The notes beneath the pieces are model-generated. The model ran no database searches. It was not told where the DNA came from and was given only the letters and a program-made list of their open reading frames with translations. A DNA stretch of 41,529 nt from an uncultured Peptococcaceae bacterium (lineage in GTDB: Bacteria > Bacillota > Peptococcia > DRI-13 > UBA5745). The position numbers and the translations under genes were made by a program. The stretch's first letter is position 1. Each line of letters starts with the position of its first letter. The DNA lies in the NCBI GenBank assembly GCA_937873525.1, contig CALMWJ010000081.1:1-41529 (forward strand). Reading direction: 5' to 3'. Shown one piece after another: positions 1 through 8,859 of this stretch.

Positions 1-21
1 TGCGAATAAAAACTTCTTCAT
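1..21 (-). CDS. 5' end of a gene running off the window (MKKFLFA...), possibly an exported protein
   Basis: Minus strand reads AAGGAGAGAGATTG-ATG AAG AAG TTT TTA TTC GCA: RBS, signal-peptide-like start, promoter at 67-95. Confidence 0.6.
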
Positions 22-66
22 CAATCTCTCTCCTTTTACTATGTCCTCGTCTCATCGACGTAGGCT

Positions 67-95
67 AGTTTAGCATATTAGCATGCTAAAGTCAA
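67..95 (-). promoter_or_regulatory. Sigma-A-like promoter overlapped by palindrome TTTAGCAT-N6-ATGCTAAA (69-90)
   Basis: TTGACT-N17-TAAACT with TG extension; 8-bp perfect inverted arms. Confidence 0.55.
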
Positions 96-160
96 CGACT
101 GTTTCCAATGATTATTATAAAATATTGGCCATACACTGCCTCCTGAAATCCGAGACGCCC

Positions 161-190
161 TTGACGCTCCACCCTTACCGATGCTAGCAT
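161..190 (+). promoter_or_regulatory. Putative ybaK promoter
   Basis: TTGACG-N18-TAGCAT with TG extension, upstream of RBS AGGAGG. Confidence 0.4.
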
Positions 191-236
191 AAAAACGTCC
201 CGCTGGACAAATATCATCCGACAGGAGGCCTTCTCC

Positions 237-722
237 ATGAAGCCTGCAAAAAAGACCAATGCAGCCCGCCTTTTAGACAGCCTGCATATCGCATACGAGG
301 TCATGACCTATGAAGTCGATGAAAACGATCTCAGCGCCGAGCATGTTGCGGAAACCACCGGGGTTCCTTTGGAACAAACCTTCAAGACGCTGGTGGTCCG
401 GGGCGATAAAACCGGTGTGCTCGTGGCCTGCATCCCGGGAGGCGATGCGCTGGATTTAAAAACCGTCGCCCAGATCAGCGGCAACAAAAAGGTTGACCTG
501 GTCCCCCTCAAAGAGGTTCTTGGCTTGACCGGCTACATCCGCGGAGGCTGTTCCCCCCTGGCTATGAAAAAGGCCTATCCGACGTACATCGACGATTCGG
601 CATTGAATTTTCCGGTGATCATGGTCAGCGCTGGGCAGCGAGGCATCCAGCTGGTGCTGGCGCCGAAGGATTTGGCCAAAGCGGCTTCGGCCACCTTGGC
701 GACCCTATGCCATCGCGCCTGA
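237..722 (+). CDS. ybaK: Cys-tRNA(Pro) deacylase, YbaK/EbsC family
   Basis: KTNAARLLD start, FKTLV catalytic Lys, TGYIRGGCSP and VSAGQRG motifs; RBS AGGAGG. Confidence 0.95.
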   Translation: MKPAKKTNAARLLDSLHIAYEVMTYEVDENDLSAEHVAETTGVPLEQTFKTLVVRGDKTGVLVACIPGGDALDLKTVAQISGNKKVDLVPLKEVLGLTGYIRGGCSPLAMKKAYPTYIDDSALNFPVIMVSAGQRGIQLVLAPKDLAKAASATLATLCHRA

Positions 723-755
723 TCGGCTGCTTCCGCCATGCGGCTGCACATCCCT

Positions 756-1652
756 TCAACGCTTTTCGGCCACAAAGACGGTCAGGGCTTCCTGGAACAC
801 CTTGATTTCGAAAGGAAGCGGCAGCCCTTCCTCCCCGTCCAGGGTCGTATGCACCGCCACCGGACTGGAAATCTTGAATTCCCGGGCCTGGACATGGCGG
901 ATCCATTTGCCTTCCGCATGGTCACGGTTTAATAGCTCCAGCAACAGCAAAGCCATTTCCAGCTTCGGGCATTCCCGGATCAGGATCATGTCCATCAGGC
1001 CATCATGCATCCTTGCCTTTGAATAAAGATTGGGGAAGCCCGCACCCTGGGGGCCGTTCAGGATGAGAAACAGAAGGAAATTATCCTCAATGACCGTGTT
1101 CTCGGTTTCGATCCGCATAGGGAAGGACCGGATGTGGGTAAACTCGCCCAGGGCTTGGAAGTAATAGGCTAAGGGGCCCAAATTCCGTTTGAGGTCCGGA
1201 TTGGTGTTGAAGGATACATTGACAAACATCCCGGCCGCACAGGTGCTGAGGAACATCTTGTCCTGATTGACCTGCCCCACATCCAGCTGGATCATATGAT
1301 TGTCAGCCACCACATCGATGCAGTCCAGCTCATCCTGGGGCAGCCGCAGACTCTCTGCAAAGTCATTGCAGGTTCCGGACGGTATGATGCCCATAGGGAG
1401 CTCCGGCCGGTTCTCCAGGATCAGTTTGGCAATCGAACCCAAGGTCCCGTCACCGCCGGCAGCAATCACCAATTCGACCCAAGGCAGCAGCAGCGTGGTC
1501 TTCAATACATGATCCGACTCTTGGTCCGTTCCCATCCTGATGGGAATAAGAAACAGCCCGCGTTTCTGGGCATGGCCCAGGATCTCATCCAGGCGGCGGT
1601 TGATATTGCGGCTTCCGCTGCGGGGGTTGTATATGAATAAACCTTTTCTCAT
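756..1652 (-). CDS. YegS/BmrU family diacylglycerol/lipid kinase
   Basis: YNPRSG, AAGGDGT, IPSGTCNDFA, DGE motifs; start moved to MRKGLF (1652) after RBS GGAGG. Confidence 0.9.
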   Translation of the reverse strand: MRKGLFIYNPRSGSRNINRRLDEILGHAQKRGLFLIPIRMGTDQESDHVLKTTLLLPWVELVIAAGGDGTLGSIAKLILENRPELPMGIIPSGTCNDFAESLRLPQDELDCIDVVADNHMIQLDVGQVNQDKMFLSTCAAGMFVNVSFNTNPDLKRNLGPLAYYFQALGEFTHIRSFPMRIETENTVIEDNFLLFLILNGPQGAGFPNLYSKARMHDGLMDMILIRECPKLEMALLLLELLNRDHAEGKWIRHVQAREFKISSPVAVHTTLDGEEGLPLPFEIKVFQEALTVFVAEKR

Positions 1653-1694
1653 CGTTCCATCCTCCATAGCAACCGTGCTCTAAACCAGCCTATG

Positions 1695-2669
1695 TCAACG
1701 GTCTTCGCGGTAATAGCTGCGGCTGAGCCAGCCAGGGGGCTGGTATTCTTTTTTCTTCTGGACCCCCATCAGCACCAGGACAAGGATCGTCATCAAATAG
1801 GGCAGCATATCCAGGAGCTGGGGGTCCAGCCTGATCTCATGCCCCAGGAACGTCATCCGGGTATTCTGGAGCACCAGTCCGATGCTCCGCAGGGCTCCGA
1901 AAAGGTACCCTCCGAAAATGGCCCGAATCGGATTCCATATGGCAAAAATGACCAGGGCGACGGCAATCCAGCCCAGACCGGCCACCAGATCGTTCTGCCA
2001 ACGGGTGATGTACACCACAGACAAATAGGTGCCGCCAAGCCCGCAAAGAAATCCGCCGGCCAGAAGATGCAGGTATTTCACAAGATTGACATGGATCCCG
2101 CAGGCGTCCGCGGCGCCCGGATTTTCACCCACCATCCGGACGTTCAGGCCGGCCCGGGTTTTATTGAAATAGATCCAGATCAGGATGGCCAGAAGGATGC
2201 CCAGCATGACAAAATTGCTTTGCTCAAACAGCATTTTGCCCACCAGCGGGAGCTTGCTGAGACCCGGGACCGAGATGGGGGCGTAAAACGACCGGATCGT
2301 GGCCGGAAGGGTCATGCTGGTGCAGCCTTTTCCGATATAATTGGCGATCCCGCAGCCGAAAATCGTCAGCGTCAGGCCCGTGACCGTTTGGTTCCCTTGA
2401 AGGGTCACTGTAATCACCGCATAGAGGAGCGCCCCCAAGGACCCGGCAAGGCCGCCCGCCAGCGCCGCCAGAACTGGATGGCCGCTGACAGCGGCGACAT
2501 AATACCCTGTTACCGCGCCCATCATCATCATGCCTTCAACCCCCAGGTTCAGGTTGCCGGCCTTTTCTCCCAAAATACCGCCCAAGGTGCCGAACAGAAG
2601 CGGCGTCCCGCACTGGGCCGCCAATTGAAGGAACATGGCTGCGGCTGCGATCCATCCGATATCCATCAA
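1695..2669 (-). CDS. Nucleoside/sugar ABC transporter permease (NupC-like)
   Basis: GEKAGNLNLGVEGMM, GENPGAADACGIHV, GLGWIAVALVIF, MLPYL motifs; many TM segments. Confidence 0.9.
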   Translation of the reverse strand: MMDIGWIAAAAMFLQLAAQCGTPLLFGTLGGILGEKAGNLNLGVEGMMMMGAVTGYYVAAVSGHPVLAALAGGLAGSLGALLYAVITVTLQGNQTVTGLTLTIFGCGIANYIGKGCTSMTLPATIRSFYAPISVPGLSKLPLVGKMLFEQSNFVMLGILLAILIWIYFNKTRAGLNVRMVGENPGAADACGIHVNLVKYLHLLAGGFLCGLGGTYLSVVYITRWQNDLVAGLGWIAVALVIFAIWNPIRAIFGGYLFGALRSIGLVLQNTRMTFLGHEIRLDPQLLDMLPYLMTILVLVLMGVQKKKEYQPPGWLSRSYYREDR

Positions 2670-3745
2670 GCGCCCACCTTCCTGGTTTCCTCGCCCTGCC
2701 TTTTATCCCGGACGATTTTATATTGGGTAAAGAATTCGCTTCCGAGGACAAAAAACAGAATGACGCCCTGGATCACCCCGGCCACATCGGAAGGAACTTT
2801 CATAACACTTTGGAGATAATTGCCCCCCTGGAGCATCATGGCAAACAGAAAACTAACCGACACAAGGGTCACCGGCTGCAGTTTGGACAGCCAGGCCGTG
2901 ATGATGGCGGTAAAGCCCAGTCCAGACGAAAGCACCGGCGAGATGGAATGCTCCAGACCGGTGGCCTGGATCACGCCGGCAATGCCGCAGATGCCTCCGG
3001 AAATCATGATGGCGACCAGCAAGATGCGGAAGGTGTTCATCCCCGCATATTCCGCCGTCCGGGGATTTTCTCCCATGACGGTGATTTCATAACCCAGCTT
3101 GCTGTATCGGATCAGGAAATAGATGACGATCACCAGAAACAGCGCAATGATCCACCCGATGTGTATGCCGCCGATTTTCGGCAGATCCGCCGTTTCGGGG
3201 AAATGCATCATCCGGGGCAGACCGGCCGCCTTCGGATCCCGCCAGGGACCGTATTGCAGGTAAGTGACCCAGCGGATGGCCACATAGTTCAGCATCAGGG
3301 TGACCAGGGTTTCGCTGGTCTCCCATTTTGCCTTGAGCAGCGCTGGAATCAAGGCCCATAAACCGCCGGTAAGGATGCCTGCGGCAAACATGGCCGGCAA
3401 AAGCAGATACGATGGCAGGTGGCTGAAATTGAAGGCCACCAAGCCGGCACCATAGGCACCCATGTAAAACTGGCCTTCGGCGCCGATGTTCCAGAATTTC
3501 ATCTTATAGGCCACGCAAACCCCTAAGGATAAGGTCAGCAGCGGCACCATTTTATTGATGGTTTCCTTGATCCGGTAGGCTGATCCGACGGAACCCCGGA
3601 TCATTTCAAGCATGACTTTAAAGGGATCATGTCCCAGCAAGGCAATGATTGCCATGGAGGCGCCGATCGCAAATACAACGGCCAGGATCCGCAGGACAAA
3701 CATCCTTCCTTCGGCTAAAGGAGGCCGCTTGATGATTTTAAACAT
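2666..3745 (-). CDS. Nucleoside/sugar ABC transporter permease (NupB-like)
   Basis: WNIGAEGQ, TLMLNY, GENPRTAEYAGM motifs; overlaps both neighbours. Confidence 0.9.
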   Translation of the reverse strand: MFKIIKRPPLAEGRMFVLRILAVVFAIGASMAIIALLGHDPFKVMLEMIRGSVGSAYRIKETINKMVPLLTLSLGVCVAYKMKFWNIGAEGQFYMGAYGAGLVAFNFSHLPSYLLLPAMFAAGILTGGLWALIPALLKAKWETSETLVTLMLNYVAIRWVTYLQYGPWRDPKAAGLPRMMHFPETADLPKIGGIHIGWIIALFLVIVIYFLIRYSKLGYEITVMGENPRTAEYAGMNTFRILLVAIMISGGICGIAGVIQATGLEHSISPVLSSGLGFTAIITAWLSKLQPVTLVSVSFLFAMMLQGGNYLQSVMKVPSDVAGVIQGVILFFVLGSEFFTQYKIVRDKRQGEETRKVGA

Positions 3746-5270
3746 GGTCCGCCCCCTCCCCCCGATGCCCCAGCATCAACAGTCCCAACTGTTCCTTCGT
3801 CGTCTCTGACGCCGGCAGAATGTCCATCAATTCCCCTTGATGGATCACCATGATCCGGTCGCAGAGCTCCAGCAGCACATCCAGGTCTTCTCCGATGTAA
3901 AGGATCCCGACGCCTTTTTTCTTTTCCTCATTGAGGACATCGTAAATATTATAAGAGGCCCCGATGTCCAGGCCGCGGGTGGGGTAGGCGGTGATGATCA
4001 CGGAGGGGTTCAGGCTTACTTCCCGCCCCAGCAGCACCTTTTGGATGTTGCCTCCGGACAGCTTGCTGACCTGATGGTGGACCCCCGGCGTGGAAATGTC
4101 AAAACGCCGGACGATGGATTCAGCCATCGACACCCCCTGTTTGCGGTCAACAAAAAGACCCTTGGTCTTACGATAAGACTTCAGCAGAACATTATCGACA
4201 ATATCCAGGCCGCCCACCAGTCCCATACCCAATCGATCTTCCGGGATGAAGCTCATGGAAATGCCTTTGCTGATGATGTTTCCCGGTTTGCATCCCGCCA
4301 GGTCCTCCCCTTTGAAGATCACTTTGCCGCTGACCTTCTGCAGGCCTACGATTCCCTCGCAAAGCTCCTTTTGGCCGGAGCCGGCAATGCCGGCAACCCC
4401 CAGGATCTCCCCGCGGCGAACCTGGAAGCTGACATTTTGGATCACTTTGATTTTTTCCTGGTTTTCAATGGTGAGGTCCCGCACATCCAGCAAAGGCTCT
4501 GAATCCGCGCCGCCGGTCACAGCCGGACGCTGGATCTCCAGAGACATGGGGCGCCCGACCATCATTTCTGTGAGCGCCTTCGCGTTGGTTTCCGACGTAT
4601 TCACGGTGCCAATGCTTTGGCCCTTGCGCAGGACCGTAACCCGGTCGCTGATTTCCATCACCTCGTTCAGTTTATGGGTTATGATGATGATGGCACAGTT
4701 CTCCCGACGCATGTTGCGCAATATATTAAACAACGCGTCCGTTTCCTGAGGGGTCAGGACCGCGGTGGGCTCATCCAGGATCAGGATGTCGGCCCCTCGG
4801 TACAGAACCTTCAGGATTTCGACCGTTTGCTTTTCTCCCACGCTCATATTATAGATTTTGCGGTCCGCCTGGACCTGCAGACCGTACTTTTTCGCAATGT
4901 TCCCGATGGCTTCCGTCATCCCTTTGTTCTTTATGAAAAAAGAGCCTGGCATGCCGGCCGTGATATTCTCTTTTGCCGTCAGAATATCGACTAACTTAAA
5001 ATGCTGATGCACCATGCCGATGCCGTGCCGGATGGCATCCTTCGGCGAATGAAAATGGCAGGGCTTGCCCCCAATATTAATAGAACCGCTGTCAGGCATA
5101 TAAATGCCTGACAGCATGTTCATGAGCGTGCTTTTTCCGGAACCATTTTCTCCTAATAACGCATGGATCTCGCCTTTTCTCACCGAGAAATCGACCTGGT
5201 CATTGGCCTTGACCACGCCAAAGGTCTTACAGATCCCTTCCATTTGAACATAAGCCGCTCGATCCGTCAT
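3738..5270 (-). CDS. CUT2-family double-domain ABC ATPase (NupA-like)
   Basis: GENGSGKST Walker A, ILDEPT Walker B, PEDR, LSGGNIQK, PTRGLDIG. Confidence 0.93.
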   Translation of the reverse strand: MTDRAAYVQMEGICKTFGVVKANDQVDFSVRKGEIHALLGENGSGKSTLMNMLSGIYMPDSGSINIGGKPCHFHSPKDAIRHGIGMVHQHFKLVDILTAKENITAGMPGSFFIKNKGMTEAIGNIAKKYGLQVQADRKIYNMSVGEKQTVEILKVLYRGADILILDEPTAVLTPQETDALFNILRNMRRENCAIIIITHKLNEVMEISDRVTVLRKGQSIGTVNTSETNAKALTEMMVGRPMSLEIQRPAVTGGADSEPLLDVRDLTIENQEKIKVIQNVSFQVRRGEILGVAGIAGSGQKELCEGIVGLQKVSGKVIFKGEDLAGCKPGNIISKGISMSFIPEDRLGMGLVGGLDIVDNVLLKSYRKTKGLFVDRKQGVSMAESIVRRFDISTPGVHHQVSKLSGGNIQKVLLGREVSLNPSVIITAYPTRGLDIGASYNIYDVLNEEKKKGVGILYIGEDLDVLLELCDRIMVIHQGELMDILPASETTKEQLGLLMLGHRGEGADHV

Positions 5271-5297
5271 ACAACCACCATTTCTTTATTCCTTGGA

Positions 5298-6470
5298 TTA
5301 GTTGGATGTGGGGACGGAACCGATCACGCCTTCCACAAACCATTGCAAGCTTTCCAGCTCCGCATCGCTCAAGGCTTCCCCGGCTTTGACTTTTTCATTG
5401 CCTTCGTTGTCCTTGATGGGGCCGGAGAAAATCACCAAACTGCCGTCCATGATTTTGGCTTTGGCAGCTTCCACTTTTTCAGCGGTGCCTTCGGCGCAGT
5501 TTGCGCTGAGGTCATCCAGCGCGACAACGCCGGCGCTGAGGCCTTCCCAATAACGCTGGGATTTCCAGGTGCCGTCGATGGCGGACTGGACATCCGCCGT
5601 ATAGAATTTGCCCCAGTGGAACAGCGGCGCGGTCAGATAGGCTTTCGGAGCCGCATCCAGGGTGGAGCTGTTATAGCCCACGGCGAAAGCGCCTTTTTCT
5701 TCCGCCGCAACCTGGGGACTGGTGGTGTCGCAATGCTGGGCAATGACATCGCAGCCATTGTTCAGCAAGGTGGTTGCGGTGGTTTTTTCAAGGGCAGGAT
5801 CATACCAGGTGTTCATCCAGATCACTTCCACCGTGGCCGCAGGATTGACGGAACGGACGCCCAGCGTGAAGGCGTCGATGCCGCGGACCACTTCGGCGAT
5901 GGGCATGGCAGCCACGTAGCCGATCTTGCCGGCTTTGGTCTTCATTCCGGCCGCAATGCCTGAAAGATAACGGGCTTCGTAAATGCGCCCCATATAATTC
6001 GAGTAGTTGGGCAGATCATAGGTGGTGATCCCGGTGGCATGGCCGAATTTCACTTCGGGGAATTCTTTGGCCACATTGGCCAGCCATTCGCCGTGACCGA
6101 AGCTGTTGGCGTAAATCACGTTGCAGCCGTTGTCGATCATGTCGCGGGCCGCCTTTTCACAGTCCGCGCCTTCCGGAACATCTTCCATAACAATGACCTG
6201 GTCTTCCGTGAGACCGAGGGTTTCCATCATATCCTGACGGCCTCTGTCGTGGGCTTGGCTGTAGCCGCCGTCATGGGCGCTGCCGATATAAATGAACCCA
6301 ACCTTGATCTTGTCTTTCGGGATCCCTGCCGCGGGGGCTTGAGCGGTCTCGGTCGCCGGCGCCTGCGTGGCGGTGCTGCCGGCAGTACTGCCGCAGCCAG
6401 CCAAAGTGAAGACAGACATCATCATCACCAGGCACAGGAGCGCTGCCAATCCTTTTTTCTGCATCTTCAT
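5298..6470 (-). CDS. BMP/PnrA family substrate-binding lipoprotein, likely purine nucleoside
   Basis: Lipobox LAGC; KVGFIYIG..DGGYSQAHD, YEARYLSG, TWYDP, DVIAQH motifs; start moved to 6470 after RBS GGGAGG. Confidence 0.9.
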   Translation of the reverse strand: MKMQKKGLAALLCLVMMMSVFTLAGCGSTAGSTATQAPATETAQAPAAGIPKDKIKVGFIYIGSAHDGGYSQAHDRGRQDMMETLGLTEDQVIVMEDVPEGADCEKAARDMIDNGCNVIYANSFGHGEWLANVAKEFPEVKFGHATGITTYDLPNYSNYMGRIYEARYLSGIAAGMKTKAGKIGYVAAMPIAEVVRGIDAFTLGVRSVNPAATVEVIWMNTWYDPALEKTTATTLLNNGCDVIAQHCDTTSPQVAAEEKGAFAVGYNSSTLDAAPKAYLTAPLFHWGKFYTADVQSAIDGTWKSQRYWEGLSAGVVALDDLSANCAEGTAEKVEAAKAKIMDGSLVIFSGPIKDNEGNEKVKAGEALSDAELESLQWFVEGVIGSVPTSN

Positions 6471-6662
6471 GTTTCCTCCCTTTGCCTCTTGTTTTTTATT
6501 CAATAAACCATGCCAGGCCGCTTCGCAGGCCAGGGCGAGGCAGCTTCGGCACCGATCTATGAACTTGCTGTTGCCCATGGCATGACGATGCCGGCACCCA
6601 GCAGGGGTTCCGGCGGCATAAACACAGGCTATGAAAATCAAGGCTTCCCTTACATCAAATTT

Positions 6663-6691
6663 ATTATAAATTAAGCAGGCGGAAAATGCAA
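6663..6691 (-). promoter_or_regulatory. Sigma-A promoter of the BMP/ABC operon
   Basis: TTGCAT-N17-TATAAT; inverted repeat AGCAGGCG...CGCCTGCT (6674-6701) flanks the -35. Confidence 0.7.
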
Positions 6692-6758
6692 TTCGCCTGC
6701 TGTGTTTCTTATGGGCAAAATATTGAAATTCGTGGCCGGATCGACCCTTGGTCTCGTT

Positions 6759-7013
6759 TCATCCTATGAAAGCATAGAGGAAAAAGGCTCCAATGATCGT
6801 GACCAGGTTGGCCAGCCCCAGCATCGCGTTTTGATGATAAAAAGTCAGCAAGGCAACGACCGCACCACCGGCGGCAAATCCCATCAGGCTGATATAAGCT
6901 GTCAGCAGGCCGCCCTTTTGCATCAGGATGACGAAGGCCGCAAAGAGCATCAGAAAGATGGCTTGCGCCCATAGGACACGTTTCGTCATATTTTTCGAGA
7001 TGTTCTTAAACAT
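6759..7013 (-). CDS. Small hypothetical membrane protein (about 84 aa, about 3 TM)
   Basis: Three hydrophobic segments; GGGGGA RBS before MFKNIS; fills an otherwise empty gap. Confidence 0.65.
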   Translation of the reverse strand: MFKNISKNMTKRVLWAQAIFLMLFAAFVILMQKGGLLTAYISLMGFAAGGAVVALLTFYHQNAMLGLANLVTIIGAFFLYAFIG

Positions 7014-7097
7014 ATTGCCTTTTCCCCCTGATAAATATAAATCATATTGATTCATTTTTTTAGTCATTTTTGATACAATAACCGAGGAGGTGGTTCC

Positions 7098-7652
7098 ATG
7101 CGTAAGCCAATCAAGAAATACGAGGTCCTGAGCCTGAAGGTACCCTTTTCGTGGATAGAAAAAATAACCACCGGCATCAGTGTTTTACTGGTCATCGGCC
7201 TGGTGGCCGCGACCATCCTGCTTTATCCTCGGATTCCCCACCAGATCCCGACCCATTTTGATGCATTAGGCCAGCCTGACAAAACCGGCAGCAAAACGTT
7301 ATTATTGATCGTTCCCGCCATGGCCGTGGTGATTTGCTCCTACATGCTTTCCTTGGGCTTATCATCCAAATTTTACAACTCCGCCCGGAACGCTCCCGAA
7401 ACCATCCGGCAGCAGTTCATCTTAGTCCGCAAGCTGGTGCTCAGCATGAATCTGGTCATCGCTTTGCTGATGATCTATATCCAAAGCTCGGCCATTTCCA
7501 TTGCTGCCGGGCTGATCCAAGACCTGGGCGTCCTGCCTCTGGTCATCTTTGTGATCATGATTTTCACACCGCTCCTGGTCTTTCTCAAGAAAAGCCGTGC
7601 CCTGAGGCATTTGCCTGCCCGTAGAACCAGCAAAGGGAAACACCAAAAATGA
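7098..7652 (+). CDS. DUF1648 (SdpI-like) membrane protein
   Basis: IPHQIPTHFDALGQPDKTGSK motif, 4 TM segments, RBS GGAGGTG. Confidence 0.8.
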   Translation: MRKPIKKYEVLSLKVPFSWIEKITTGISVLLVIGLVAATILLYPRIPHQIPTHFDALGQPDKTGSKTLLLIVPAMAVVICSYMLSLGLSSKFYNSARNAPETIRQQFILVRKLVLSMNLVIALLMIYIQSSAISIAAGLIQDLGVLPLVIFVIMIFTPLLVFLKKSRALRHLPARRTSKGKHQK

Positions 7653-8761
7653 CACTGCCTCTGACCTACGCGCAAGCCGCCGAACGATTGCTGGATTGGT
7701 ATGCCGTCTGCGGCCGGACGCTGCCCTGGCGGGGCAGCAAGGATCCCTATGCGGTCTGGGTTTCAGAAATCATGCTGCAGCAGACCCAAGTCAAGACCGT
7801 GATCCCTTATTTCGAACGCTTTATGAAGCGCTTTCCCACCCTCACGCATCTGGCCAGGGCTTCACAGGAAGAGGTCTACCGGATTTGGGAGGGCTTGGGC
7901 TATTATCGGCGGGCCAGCCAGCTCCATGAGGCGGCCCGGATCCTATCACGGGATCATGCCGGGATTTTCCCCGGGGATCCTGCTTTGATCCGGCAGCTGC
8001 CCGGTATCGGCGATTATACGGCCGGCGCCATCGCCAGCATCGCCTTTGACCTTCCTGTGGCCGCGGTGGATGGCAATGTGATGCGGGTCATTTCCCGCTT
8101 CGGCGGTCTATCCTCCAATATTTCCAGTACCGCAGGACGAAGGGAAATCTCCGCTGAAGCGGATGGCCTGCACAGATCCGGCATGGGCCGTCCGGGCGAT
8201 CTGACACAGGCTTTAATGGAACTGGGCGCCCTGGTCTGCACTCCGAAGAATCCCCAATGCCCGGGCTGTCCCTGGCAAACCGCCTGCATGGCCTATGAGC
8301 TTAGCTGTCCGGAGACCTTTCCTGTCAAGTCGGAAAAGAAGGCAAAAACCCTTGGCGATGTTGCCTGCGGTGTGCTGATCCGCGAAGGACGCATCCTCCT
8401 TTGCCGGCGATCGGCCGGGGGCATCTGGGCCAATCTGTGGACCCTGCCCATGAGCAACGAATTCACTGGGGAGGCGGCCGCTTTGAAGGACCTTCTGCAT
8501 TTGCTGACGCCGCTGGGGGCCATCCCGTCAATGATACCCATCGAACAAATCCGGCACACCTTTACTCATAAAATTTGGCAGATTCGAGTCTATCCATGCC
8601 CGATAACCGGAGGTCCTGCCGCTGAATCGGCCGAAGGTTCTCCCTGTGAAGCAAGCCCGGGCATGCTCCCCGACAGTCTTTGGATCCCGCTGAAGCAGCT
8701 CCCCCGCTACCCTATGCCGGCCCCCATGCGCAAGCTGAGCGCCTTGGTTCCGTGGCTTTAA
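7649..8761 (+). CDS. mutY: A/G-specific adenine DNA glycosylase
   Basis: WVSEIMLQQTQV, GLGYYRRA, HhH LPGIGDYTAGA, VDGNVMRV, C-x6-C-x2-C-x5-C Fe-S motif, NUDIX-like C-terminus. Confidence 0.95.
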   Translation: MTLPLTYAQAAERLLDWYAVCGRTLPWRGSKDPYAVWVSEIMLQQTQVKTVIPYFERFMKRFPTLTHLARASQEEVYRIWEGLGYYRRASQLHEAARILSRDHAGIFPGDPALIRQLPGIGDYTAGAIASIAFDLPVAAVDGNVMRVISRFGGLSSNISSTAGRREISAEADGLHRSGMGRPGDLTQALMELGALVCTPKNPQCPGCPWQTACMAYELSCPETFPVKSEKKAKTLGDVACGVLIREGRILLCRRSAGGIWANLWTLPMSNEFTGEAAALKDLLHLLTPLGAIPSMIPIEQIRHTFTHKIWQIRVYPCPITGGPAAESAEGSPCEASPGMLPDSLWIPLKQLPRYPMPAPMRKLSALVPWL

Positions 8762-8820
8762 CACCGGTGCGGGATCAAGGACAGTGAGAGCACTTCCTAT
8801 CCACTCTTCAAACCATAGAC

Positions 8821-8838
8821 GGCCTTCGGGCCTTTTTT
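8821..8838 (+). terminator. Putative intrinsic terminator after mutY
   Basis: GGCC-TTCG-GGCC followed by T6; short stem. Confidence 0.5.
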
Positions 8839-8859
8839 GTTCCCCTGATTTTTTTAGAA

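Noticed and set aside
69-90. CIRCE (HrcA) element
   Set aside because: Shares TTAGCA/TGCTAA ends but lacks the CTC/GAG inner bases and the 9-bp spacer.
6471-6660. Canonical purine riboswitch, or the longer 447-aa BMP ORF from 6641
   Set aside because: Purine aptamer core not found; the signal peptide, lipobox and RBS point to the start at 6470.
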